DNA of 64,000 bases from Negaprion brevirostris (taxonomy: Eukaryota). Position numbers and translations under genes: made by a program. Each line of letters opens with the position of its first letter. The stretch's first letter is position 1. The DNA lies in assembly GCA_030324005.1 (NCBI GenBank), contig JARDVH010000132.1, positions 99,358,962-99,422,961 of the forward strand. The letters run 5' to 3'. The notes under the pieces were generated by a model, which was not told where the DNA came from, did no database searches, and saw only the letters and a program-made list of their open reading frames with translations. This document shows, piece by piece, positions 12,201-23,600 of this stretch.

Positions 12201-15200
12201 ATTAGAAAATACTCATTAATGTACGATCTGAGTCCATTTATAATCGGTCGAGCTATTTTTTTAAACCCTGTGTTTCAGAAAGTAAGAGAGGATCCCCCAC
12301 GTGTGCCTGAATCAACACGAGCAAGCCACTTCCAATTAAATGGATAGAGCTGCAACTATCTATATATTTTCTTAAAGAATCGTGGAGATTTGGAAGAAGC
12401 ACTTCAAATGTTTAAAGTAGTGAGAACTCCAACTTCGAAATTTCCGGTTACCCTTTCCCCTCACAAAGCGATTTCTCAAATCCCAACTCTGCGCTGCATC
12501 GATGGTCAAACCCTTGCTACCCAGATCTCCACACATTCGAAACACACAAAGAGTCAAACCAAAGTGACAGAATCATTCTGATTTCAACAACAAAGACTGA
12601 ACAGCAACACAAAAATCTGCAATTCACAAGAGTGTTCTTCATTGAATCGGCGAGTTGATCTGAGGATTGTATCTGCCATCTGATAGTGGCATGACTGAAA
12701 AAAGTTCATATTTTCCCAGATTGGCGAAAAGGGATATTTTACTGAAGCTCTGGTAGGGATTGTTTAACAGATAACATTGCAGAACATAAACGTAGACGCA
12801 TAGGAAGGAAGCAAACGTGCATATCTATAGAATAAGTTACTCTTTCTATACGAAAATAATGCCACTCTTGGGGAAAAAAAAGTTTTGTTGCTAGTATTTG
12901 AATTGCAAACTACTGTACAAGTCACTTAATGATAACACAGAAAAGTTTAAAACAATACTGACGCGACTGATTGTATTTCTATTTCCTACAGAACGTCGTT
13001 CGCACGTTGCAAGTTATGCAGGCAACAGTTTAGCTTTGGTAGCAATGGGAGTCCAGAAAGAGGCATGGCTTAAACACAATAAAACCTATCTCTGGCTCGT
13101 GCCGGCTAAAGCCTTGACTAGAAATGTCCACCCTTCACTGACAGTGTTAATTAATTGAAGAGAAAATGAAAGAGCGGGTGAATCTAAAGCTGCGGCGGCT
13201 GGGGTCTCACCTATTTATTCCCCCGCTCTCCTCAATATTCTCGAAAGGGATTCTGTTCTTATGCAAAACATTATTTAAAATTCACTCTGAACACGAGCCA
13301 CTTCCGAGCGCAGGATGGCGGCTAGACCGATGTGAGTTATCTTAAATAATGTTGCGTTGGCAAACATGACCTTTTTTTCACATTGTACTGGCAGCAGATG
13401 TGGCGACTGGAATGTCTAAATGGCTAACGGTATCTCTACTGAGGGTCGTACCAGAAGGAGAGGAAAACAGAAGTGAATTGATATCCCGGTTACAAAACTG
13501 TTTTCATTTTAACGATGTGATAATGGCCAGGGCTGTGAATTAATACAATCTAATGCGAGGGGAGGCGATTTCCAACGGGACAGGGGCTGCTGTCATTTGC
13601 AAGTGTAGGTCCCAAGGGGATGCATGGAGGGTTTACTAATCTCGATTGTAATTGTATGTGTTAGTTGTCTTGATTGCAAATACACACGTCGTGTATGGAT
13701 GACGGATTGTATTTAAATAGGAGAAGAAAACGGGAAGACGGGGGAGCTGTTTAAAATCGTGGTGTCTTGCAGATGCTTATGCCGACACCTCCGTGCTTAA
13801 CATATTCAAAAACATAAGCGAATGTCTCAGGTGACATGTTGGTCTGCCAGTAATACGTCGGACACTTTGCAATTATTATAATGAAAACAATGAAACGGTG
13901 AGTGCTGTTAAAGAAAATCATGACAGCAGAATTAGAATGTTCAATTGTCCCGTATAATGCTGTTAGCTGCAGGTAAAGACACCAGTAAAGATTCTCTTCC
14001 CGTTTTATTATTGTGTTGTTGGATACTTGCTTTCAACTAAGAGAATTGCCACCTTTGCGAGTGGCGGTAATTAGATCAAATCGCTTTATTCTCTGCGTAT
14101 TGCATATAATCCATTTAGTAATGATCCTCTCAGTGAGCCATACAGATTGGCTGCCGGTTTATGAAACTGACTATTAGTTGACTGGTAACCTTAAAGACGC
14201 AAACATTAGAATTATAGTGCGTCGCTCTCCCTGGGTAAATGCAAGGCACACTGCAGGCAATCAAAGTCAGTCAAGCACAAGTTTTGCGTTCTCGCAAGCT
14301 AGAATTAGAAGCATGACAGCTCTCCAAAAAAATATCGGGACCAGGATGAAGTAATTATATCAAAAATAACATTTCAATATGTGACTAGTTTTTTTTCCTC
14401 ACATATGTCTCGAGATATTTCACCTTGAAAAAGTTCTCACAACATACAAGTGCTTAGATTTCAGATCAGCTTTGCACACCAGTAGAAGTCGGTCTGCTTG
14501 AGATAACGTCAGTGGTAATATATTTAGCTTTCAGTGACTCCTTTAGAATCCAATCTGCATTAAAAAAAACAAAAGCTGCTGAAGTGTTTCGGTAGGTAAC
14601 TTGGCAGTCGGTTTTAACGTTAGCACGATCCGCTTCTTGAAGATCACGACCTCTCAGTGAGTGCGATCTGCGCATAAGCCATCAGCTCCCTCTCATTGCA
14701 ACCTCACTGCTCCCACTGCCAAGTTCAAACTGCTTGGACACATTCCCTCATTTGACCCTTTAAGCTGGCGCGGGCTGGAGACGCATTCCTCTGATTTTAC
14801 CGCCTGTTTGGTTCAAGTTCGTTAAAACCTGCCCCAGAGCTAGGCAGCCAACGCTTCTGGTCTATTTCTCGTCTTTTGCTCTTATCATTTCCGAATATAC
14901 TCCGGCGTTCTGCACTTGNNNNNNNNNNNNNNNNNNCCCCTCCCCATCCCCCCTTCAAGCTGATATCTCTTAACTAATTTCCAAGACCCTTTAAACGCCC
15001 CAACCTTCTCTATCGGCGGAGACGCAATTAGTCTTTCGAACAATCTTAAACAAACATTTAACGTCAGCTTATCCCGCATAATTTCCACACACGTCAATCT
15101 AAATTCATTTTTTATTTATAATCTCCCATTATTCCAGGCGAATTGGAATTCTAATATTGCTCCTCGAATTTAAAGAACAGTTTATCATTATCGTGGTGCA

Positions 15201-16189
15201 AAATCTCAACACTCCGAAAGGTTCTCTGATAACACTCTGTGAAGACAAAATATATTGTACAATCCTAAAGCGGCGATTTAATTCCTCATTTATCTGAAAA
15301 ATATCTGAGATATATATATACATAATTAAAGATAGGCCCCAAATGTCACTTAGTCACAAGAATAGCCAGTGGATGGTGGCATTGTTTACCAAGAAACCTG
15401 CCGTGAAAGGGGGAAAGCGGACGTGCAAAATAAAACGAAAGGCACGGATGATAAATTAATCAGAGTTTAATTGTAACAAAAGACACTAAAAGAAATCTAT
15501 TGATGCCGAATGTGAAAATGCGACTGCCCTGTCCATTTTAGTTACCTGCCATATTGTGCACGCTTTATTTAGCAAAGTCGAACTTGAAGCTTTGTATTGG
15601 ATGGTGCGCTGGCGCGCGGGGGGGGGNNNNNNNNNNNNNNNNNNNNNNNNNNNNNNNNNNNNNNNNNNNNNNNNNNNNNNNNNNNNNNNNNNNNNNNNNN
15701 NNNNNNNNNNNNNNNNNNNNNNNNNNTTTTTTTTGGTTGGGGGGCGGGCCCCCCCCCCCCCCCCCCCACAATAAATGAATCAGTTGAGTTACACTCTAGA
15801 AGAGACGCCAGTTTATTGTTTGATTACCCCGATCGAGCAAAGGGGCCACTGGAGAAACGGTGGTGGTCGAGCAAGCGAATGGCAGGAGGGTAGGAAAGTG
15901 AAGCAAGCGCTGGCAAGCAGAAACGGTTAGACTGACAGTGAAAGGGAGAGAGAGAGAAACGGGAGCAAATAAAGGAGGAAGGGCGAGAGTGGTGTGGAAT
16001 AAGACGCACGGTACACAAATAAAACAGAGAAAGAGGCGAGAATGGAACAATCTTGCCTGGTTTACATGAAGCAAGGGGAATGGTGAAGCTAAGGTAAGAG
16101 GGAGGGAGGGAGGGGGAGAGGAATGAATGGGAGAATGAGGGGATATGGAAAGTGGCCGCTAGCTGCTTAAAGCTTCCCTCAACAACCCT

Positions 16190-16405
16190 GAGCTGGGGAG
16201 GCCGGAGGGGGCGGGGCAGTGCTATGTAAATAGGATGATCTGATTGACAGGCGCTGCCCGCCGCCGCTCTATCTAACTAGAACTCAGCAGCAGCGCTTAG
16301 CAAAAGCACTCAGCCTGTAGAACAGTTCCTGCAGCTCCATGCAGACACCTTCCTAACCCAGCACTCAGCCAATTCAGGGGGCGGGGGGGGCGGGTGGGGG
16401 AAAGC
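16190..16405 (+). promoter_or_regulatory. Probable Irx2 proximal promoter
   Basis: GC boxes GGGGCGGGG (~16207 and ~16378), FOX-type TGTAAATA (16225-16232), PBX-MEIS/PREP decamer TGATTGACAG (16241-16250) and CCAAT (~16369), all within ~100-310 bp upstream of the ATG in CpG-rich sequence. The TSS is not determined. Confidence 0.6.
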
Positions 16406-16512
16406 TCAGCTATATGCTGCTTCTCCAGTAACAATCGAATTCTCTTTTCTCTCTTTCTGTCTTGTTTTGTTTCTTTTTTTTGGGGTTAAAAAAATTTTAT
16501 TTTTGGAAAGCA

Positions 16513-16749
16513 ATGTCTTATCCTCAGGGTTATCTGTACCAGCCGGCGGGGTCGCTGGCTCTTTACTCGTGCCCGGCGTACAGTGCTTCAGCGCTGACCG
16601 CCCCAAGGAGCGACGAGCTGGGCAGAGCCTCGTCCGGCTCGGCGTTCAGTCCGTACGCGGGCTCGGCAGCATTCACAGCCCCCTCTACAGGCTTCAATAA
16701 TCCGCTCCAGTACTCAACTGATCCCGCAACTGGATTCCCGTCCTACATG
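16513..16749 (+). CDS. irx2: Iroquois homeobox 2, coding exon 1 (79 aa)
   Basis: ATG at 16513 (gcaATGt) gives [57 protein letters not shown]...GFPSYM, matching the vertebrate Irx2 N-terminus. Ends at phase-0 donor ATG|gtacgt (16750). Confidence 0.96.
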
Positions 16750-17645
16750 GTACGTCAATAAATTTCAACTGGCTACATTTGCGGATATTGAGTTTTTTTT
16801 AACATTTATTTTTTTAATTGGAAAAAAAAGGTTTAATGGAGTTTGGTCTTGGAAAAATGTTTTGAATGTGTTACTTGTTAAATACGAGATCGTACTAACA
16901 CTAGGCAGCCGTCCCCATAATTGCGTTTTTATTTTTAGTCGGGGAAAAGCATGAACCGATTTGCTACAATAAAATAAACGTTGCTTTTCAAATGTCCAGG
17001 ATAGTGAGGGGCGGAGGGGGGGCGGATGCTGTCGTAGCTAGACAAAACAAAAGTTTGATGGTTTTGTTTTGGAAAAGGACAGAATACAATCATTCGGGAG
17101 GGGAGTGGGGAGGGGAAAAGTGTACTTCTGCACAGGATCAGAGCGAAAAGATTCCTAATTTTCGGAAGTAACGCCGGATGGTGTTTGTATCGCCGTTTGC
17201 ACATCCTAGTCAGAAAAGGTCAGCAGCTAGTGTAGCCTCAGAGTGCTGCTCAGCACCACTGAACACAGCTACAAAATAGCAATGTCCGTGCAACCCGCAA
17301 TGGTCCCAAAGTCATTCTACTGGATTCATTGTTTGAAAGTTTGTTAAAGAGTTTGATAATAAGGCACGAGGGAGAGCCGCCGCCATTTTTCTGTGGCAGG
17401 AAAATAGAACTTTAAGAATGAAAATTAAAACATTTACAACAGTATCATCTCTTATTCCAGGCTGCATGGAAGCTGTTCTCACACAGTTGAAGTTTATTAA
17501 AATAGGATTTCAGCTGGCATAAATATTAAGCAGACCTAATAAGTAAACGAATTTTAAAAATTTATATTTCAAGTTGCAGCGATTAGGAAATTGGAATTTC
17601 AGTGCTGATCTACTGAAACGCTGAATGGATGTGTTGTATTTTTAG

Positions 17646-18054
17646 GGTTCCCCGTACGATGCTCACACTACAGGGATGGCTGGGACCCTCAGTTATCACC
17701 CCTACGGTAACGCTGCTTATCCTTACCAACTCAATGACCCGGCTTACAGGAAGAACGCCACCCGAGACGCCACAGCCACTCTCAAAGCCTGGCTGCAGGA
17801 GCACAGGAAGAACCCCTACCCCACCAAAGGCGAGAAGATCATGCTGGCCATCATCACCAAGATGACCCTGACCCAGGTCTCTACTTGGTTCGCCAACGCC
17901 AGGAGGAGACTCAAGAAAGAGAATAAAATGACCTGGGCTCCGAGGAACAAGAGCGAGGACGAGGAAGAGGAAGACTTGGGGGAAAGTGAAAGAAACAAGG
18001 AGGATTGTTTGAAGAAAAAACACGACCAGAACGAAACTTCAGCCGAGGATGAAG
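17646..18054 (+). CDS. irx2: Irx2 coding exon 2 (homeodomain and acidic region)
   Basis: Acceptor ttttag|GGT. Translates [21 protein letters not shown]...[67 protein letters not shown]...SAEDE. The [16 protein letters not shown] stretch is characteristic of the Irx2/5 subgroup. Phase-1 donor GAAG|gtttgt at 18055. Confidence 0.97.
17736..17924 (+). other. irx2: TALE-class (Iroquois) homeobox, 63 aa
   Basis: NPYPT loop with the TALE three-residue extension, and WFANARRR in helix 3 (Ala50, typical of Irx). Confidence 0.97.
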
Positions 18055-18639
18055 GTTTGTGATGTTGCAAAATGTCCTTTCCATCACTCGATATTATGCA
18101 GTGACGGCTGCCAAAATAGCATTTAATTAAAACAAATGTCGGGATCGATATCTGATGTATTCAAGCTTTGTGTGACTTATCAGGGTAACGCTATACACGC
18201 TACTATCCATGCATACCGATTTAAGCAACATCGACATAATAGGGATCGTTTGTTTTTGGAGGGGCTCACTTTTTTGGAGGAGCAGTTGAGACTAAATTGT
18301 GGCTTTCAGGCCACAAATATTGGATTAAATATTTCAGCGTTTAACAGGGCGAGTTGTCATTGCAGAGTACATTTTCTGCTTTATTTGGAGCTGAAAGGGA
18401 ATTGAACAATTCCCAATTAGCCACATTGTAATATGGCTGTTTAAAGAACACGGCACTCAGTTTCTGGCTAACCCTTAAAAATGCGCACTACTTTTATGTT
18501 TTGAGTGAAAGGATAGCGCCTAATTTGCGGGTGTTTTCTTTTCAATCGCCAATGCTTCTGAAAAAAGCTTTCCTCTATTGAGAGGTGTAACTTGGTGGTC
18601 TGTCTTATTTAACCGTAAGCTGTTCTTGTTTTATTCCAG

Positions 18640-19323
18640 GCATCAGTCTACACGTTGACACGTTGACTGACAGTTCATGTTCCCCCGAATGCGAAGGGGA
18701 GAAGGTGAGCAGAGTGGAAGACAACCTCTGCGAATCCGGATCCGAATCGAAGGAAAAATGTGACAATTGCATTGTTGATGATGATGTTGTTGATGATGAT
18801 GATGATGGAAGCGATGAGGAGGAGGAGAGGGACCTTTCTCACAAAACCATAACTTCCTCGCCTCTCTCTAGGGTGGATGCCACACTCCTTAGCGTGCAAG
18901 AAGACGAGAGTTCGGGGAGTCGAAATAAAAACAGCTTGAGCAGTATCATCTCCTCAGCCTCACAGACTCAAGTCAGCAAGCCCAAACTCTGGTCTTTGGC
19001 AGAAATCGCCACCTCGGATATTAAACAGCAGATCGGACAGATTTGTTCTTCATCGCCGAACTCCTCTTCATCATCGTCTAGCTCAACCTATCCGGCCACT
19101 TCAATCCTTGGCAGGCCCATTTACTACACTTCACCCTTTTACACTAACTACACGAACTATGCCAACTTTAATCATCTGCAAAGCCAAGGCATTCTGCGGT
19201 ATAGCACCAACGAGACTGTCTTAAATACTGCTTCCATGCACAAACAGGGTACTGACTCTCTGAAAAATACGAGTTCCCAGCTAGAACAGCACTTCAGGGC
19301 CACGAACTACGACTCCAAAAAAG
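18640..19323 (+). CDS. irx2: Irx2 coding exon 3 (contains IRO box)
   Basis: Acceptor ttattccag|GC. Reads [15 protein letters not shown]...[14 protein letters not shown]...[13 protein letters not shown]...NYDSKK. Phase-1 donor AAAG|gtacgt at 19324; frame is consistent with exon 2. Confidence 0.96.
18978..19019 (+). other. irx2: IRO box motif
   Basis: Encodes [14 protein letters not shown]. Confidence 0.93.
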
Positions 19324-19586
19324 GTACGTGCTGATGCAAGCTTTCTGCTTACAAGAGACCTGCAGTGAAAAAGCAGGCCATTAACCATAGCAATCAACCG
19401 CCCCTAAACTGTAGCTACAGTACAAAGCTCCCACTGCAATTATTGTATATTTGAATTGCGTATGTGCAAGGTATATGAAATATTTATTTCCCAAGACTGA
19501 AAATGTTTACTAGCAATAGTATTCGGTAGGTCGATAGATATACATAGAGAGAGCTGTGACTAAATGANNNNTGTATTTTTTGACAG

Positions 19587-19630
19587 ACCCCAGTGATGTC
19601 TGCACAGTAGGAGTGCAACCATATCTATAG
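19587..19630 (+). CDS. irx2: Irx2 coding exon 4 (C-terminus DPSDVCTVGVQPYL*)
   Basis: Acceptor tttttgacag|AC completes the phase-1 Asp codon; ends at TAG 19628-19630. The C-terminal GVQPYL* is the Irx2-type ending, which distinguishes it from Irx5. Total CDS 237+409+684+44 = 1374 nt. Confidence 0.92.
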
Positions 19631-20640
19631 ATGTATAATCAGCAGTGCAAGTAAGTGATCATATGCAATGAAGCGTCTAAATTACATAGTTTAGAATCTA
19701 AGCAGTAAAAACAATGTACTGCAAAATGCGAAAACGAAATCACACAAATTAAATATTGGTCCAACTGCAAATTGCGTTAACTTATTTCGTGCCATTATTT
19801 CTTAGTAACAATAGGGTTTATAATAATGATGGCCCACCTTGCCACAAACCCTGCAATATTTAACGTGTGCTTTCTGTGTCTCTGAAATTGTGACAGCTGT
19901 TGTGCTTACAATTGAACGAGTTGCTTGACTGGGATTCTCTTTTATTTCCTTGGTCTGCAGGTAGGTGTCACAATTGCTTTGAAAATGTCAGCGAGCCACC
20001 CCCCCAGCTATTAAGCAAAAAAATGTATATAATACCGGATCACATCTTGTGCCACTGTATAGAGAAGACCCACAGAGCACTATTTTAAATTCCACAGATG
20101 ATGTTATTAAGAAAGCAAATCCCTGCAACATATCTGTGCATTTGTTGGTTTAATTATTATTCTGTATATGTGACTTTTGGAAAATAATGTCTCCTCAGGT
20201 TTTCTTCACTTGATCCGTTTATTTGCCACGTTCTAGGTGTAATGCGGCTTTATTGTAAAACTATTTGTAGATATACAGTAGAACAATGTGATTGAAGAAC
20301 TTGAGTATCTGAAAAGTGGAAAACATTTGATATTTATTTTTGTAATGATGACATAAAGNNNNNNNNNNNNNNNNNNNNNNNNNNNNNNNNNNNNNNNNNN
20401 NNNNNNNNNNNNNNNNNNNNNNNNNNNNNNNNNNNNNNNNNNNNNNNNNNNNNNNNNNTAAAGCGTCTCGTAATTTATGCAAGTTGTATTGCAATGGAAT
20501 CTGAACATTTTGTAAATAAATCTGCTTGTTTTTTTGGAAACGTGATGACAGTTACAATCTGTTTGGTTGTTATAGGGACTCTTTGCTAATTTATATCTTA
20601 AATGTAAATAAAATTGACTAGTCTGCAACTGCAATTTCTT
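19631..20640 (+). other. irx2: Irx2 3'UTR with candidate polyadenylation signals
   Basis: AU-rich sequence after the stop codon; AATAAA at 20515-20520 and 20607-20612, followed by T/GT-rich sequence. A 100-N gap interrupts it. Confidence 0.55.
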
Positions 20641-23600
20641 GGAAATGTTTGAATTATTTGGCAATTCCTCTTCAAGGGTTCATTTGACTTTGAAATATCT
20701 CATTCAGCTTTGGTTTTGGAAACTGAATTAAACTATCTTTAAACATGCGTTTGATATTTATTTCAATTCAAAAAATGCGATGAACTAGTTTGGATGTTGG
20801 CAGCCGGGGAATGATATCAAACACTCGGCAACATTCCAATATCCAGTTTATTGAATATATAAATGGCAGACAAAAGCAGTAACGCATTAAATATTTTAAA
20901 ACGGCATTTTTCAATTTCTAGATCATAGATAGGCCGCCTTTATAAGGGACGTTTTTCGTTTTTTTTTAAACTGCGCCTGCCATTTACCTGTTGTGTTAGA
21001 TGATCAAATAGAGTGCAATTATATTCTACTTCCGTAAAATCGAAATACTGACAATGTTCCATTTTAAATAGTGTATGAAGATGCTGTATCCGAGCTCGCA
21101 CAGTGTCTTAATGTGGTACCTAGTCAACAAAAATTCTACTTGATGGAACATTGTTACATTTAAAACTTTAATTTGAATATGTGAAGCGCAATGGTAACAT
21201 GATACAACATGCAGTAGAAGAAAATATATCCCGGGAAAACGGGGGCAACGGAAGGTTGAAAAACTGCAGGCCATCAGCAGGTTGCTTTGTTTTATCCAAA
21301 ATCTGTTCTTTTTAAGGCCACAATTTATTCGATGGCACAGATCATTATGTTTAACTAAAAGCTAAAGATGTGCAATTAATTATTATAATTAGCGCACTTT
21401 CTAAAGGAACATAAATATCTAAAATTAGCAAATGCGACAAGCAGACGACCCTACAACAACGCCGTTGACTTCGCTGTAATCAATCTCAAAATATTTCAAA
21501 GGCCCCATGCATTTCACTGCATGGAATGAGTAATAATGTTATACTCTGCGTTTTTAAAAGGGGAGTATCAGATCCCAGTGGGAGAAATACTAGTTGCTGT
21601 TCCGTTTGGAGCGGCCAGTCGGGGTTCATTACGGAGTATATTCGACAATTTATAAAATCTTGTCTAAACATCTGCCATCTCAAATGCCTCAATCTGGCGG
21701 CTGAGGAGAAATTGCTTTAACAGGAGAAATTGACACGCAGGCTCTGATAGCTTCCCAAGTGACTTATTTCGCTCTGAAAATTGTTGGCGTTGGTCACTTC
21801 TCGTTAGCGAAGGGCATTTGAAAGTGATCCCCTGCAACACTTGAAGCCATCAGCCTTCAGGATGTTAAGTGTCTAATGACCCATTAATTGATCAAGCCTG
21901 ATATACAGTACTTCTCTGATTCGGAAAGAGCGATAGCCTTTTTCTCTTGCCGTTTATCATTTATTAGAAGTGTATTTCTTCATCGCTTGACAAGAAGCAA
22001 GCATTGTTAAAGGTGCTATAAAGCATTAACAGTGTTTGACAACCCCTGCAATCATAATCAGAGCAAGATTATCTTCCTGCTTGAAGATTCTAATTTTAGT
22101 TAGCAGGTATAAACTATACGCTTTTCTAAAAAAAACTTTGTTCCATCACTCCACAACCTCTCCGCTCCCTTTAATGGTCCACATTGTTAGTAAATAAACA
22201 AAAGGTGGTGACCGAAAACAATCTGATGTCTAGTTGTTTAACTAGGCTACTCCCCTCCCCCTCCAAAGGGTTTAAGAATTTTTATTTGTAAGGAACTTGA
22301 AATCCAGTATTCAACAATATAGAATTTTCTTTTGTCAGGGAAAAACTGGCGATGATGTTAGTTTTTTTTATATATCGCAGAGTTAATTAAAATAGTCTTT
22401 TGTATATATATATTTGGCCTGTAGACCAAAGTAGTCGTTAATTCGGCAGTTGCATAACAGGGATTCCAAAGGTCACAAAGTGAAGAAAGTATAGTCTATT
22501 TAAATAGTGTTTGATATGAATAGGAGCGTGTCTCTAGGGCTTTAGAAGAACAACTCCAAAGGCTAGCAGGGGCGATTTGAGCGTAAAGACAAATAGTGCC
22601 CACGTCTAGTCCAGGCCGTTATAGTCGAGCTGTTTTATTGAAATGTAATCTTTAATCTCAGGTGGATTCCTGCGTGAATCTCGGTGTTGTCACATATTAC
22701 TGGAGGCGGTTGCCAAATCGGACTGCCGCTGTACCTTATCTCTTGTCTCTTCAAATGTCAACATTTGTTGGAAATGAAAGCGTTATTGTTTCTGCGAGAG
22801 GGACACGAACCGCCCTTTTTTTGCTGGGGAAAATATTTACCCTGATCGTTGGTTAAATATAAAATGCAAGCTAAAAAGCAGAAAACCGCACGCAAATGTG
22901 ACAATGTTACTGTGTTGACAAGCTCCTTTTAGAAAGCCCAACATCCCTGCTGGACAGGGGTTGCAGAGATGTATGAGCTTATTCACGGCAGTTGAAGAAG
23001 CATTTCACAAGCCTAATGGGAACAGTTTGAAAGCCATAATGAAGACAATCAGCTGCATTTTCTACACTTTCGTTGACAATTAAATAGCCCAGAAATGCAG
23101 TGAAGTCTTCGCCTTGAATGAGCTAATTATCTTCATTAAAGGTAGAAAGTGCATTGACAATACCGTGCCACCCATTCTCCTTACTCTGCCTGCAAATCAT
23201 ATTCATCAGCCACATTTAACAGGAATGTCCATTAAATGCACATTACAGTATATTCATTTAGCAACATAGAGATTTGTTGTTACCGTAATGCGTTTGAGAA
23301 AAGACAAACACCCGCATTTCGATGGGAAGTCACTGCATATGGAAATAGTGGTGGTAATGGAGGGTTTTGCGTACGTATAGGTACGGGGGCTATATTAATC
23401 ATGGCAGAGAATTCAATAATTAAGGTAATAGAAAACGCAGTGTATAGAAAGAGATATCATTGGACGCGGAGGGTAATAACTTCAGCTATTTCATTTATGG
23501 TTATATTTCGGATTCACTGGAGGAACAAATGATACGTTCATGGCTTCCAATCCATACTACTGGCACCATAACTTTGATAAAGTCGTTTCTAAGACGAACC

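Noticed and set aside
16462-16512. In-frame TTG-initiated N-terminal extension ([17 protein letters not shown])
   Set aside because: Low-complexity T-rich leader; the conserved MSYPQGY start at 16513 explains the gene.
17610-18070. Antisense ORFs of 137 and 84 aa over Irx2 exon 2
   Set aside because: Shadow frames of a GC-rich coding exon; no independent protein features.
19324-19334. Exon 3 read-through ending KKGTC*
   Set aside because: A good donor and the downstream exon giving the conserved VQPYL* end are present; nothing supports intron retention.
22561-22576. CTCF-like ggctagcaggggcgat (and gccactagatatcacc at ~32058)
   Set aside because: Only partial matches to the core; not supportable without a PWM scan or ChIP data.
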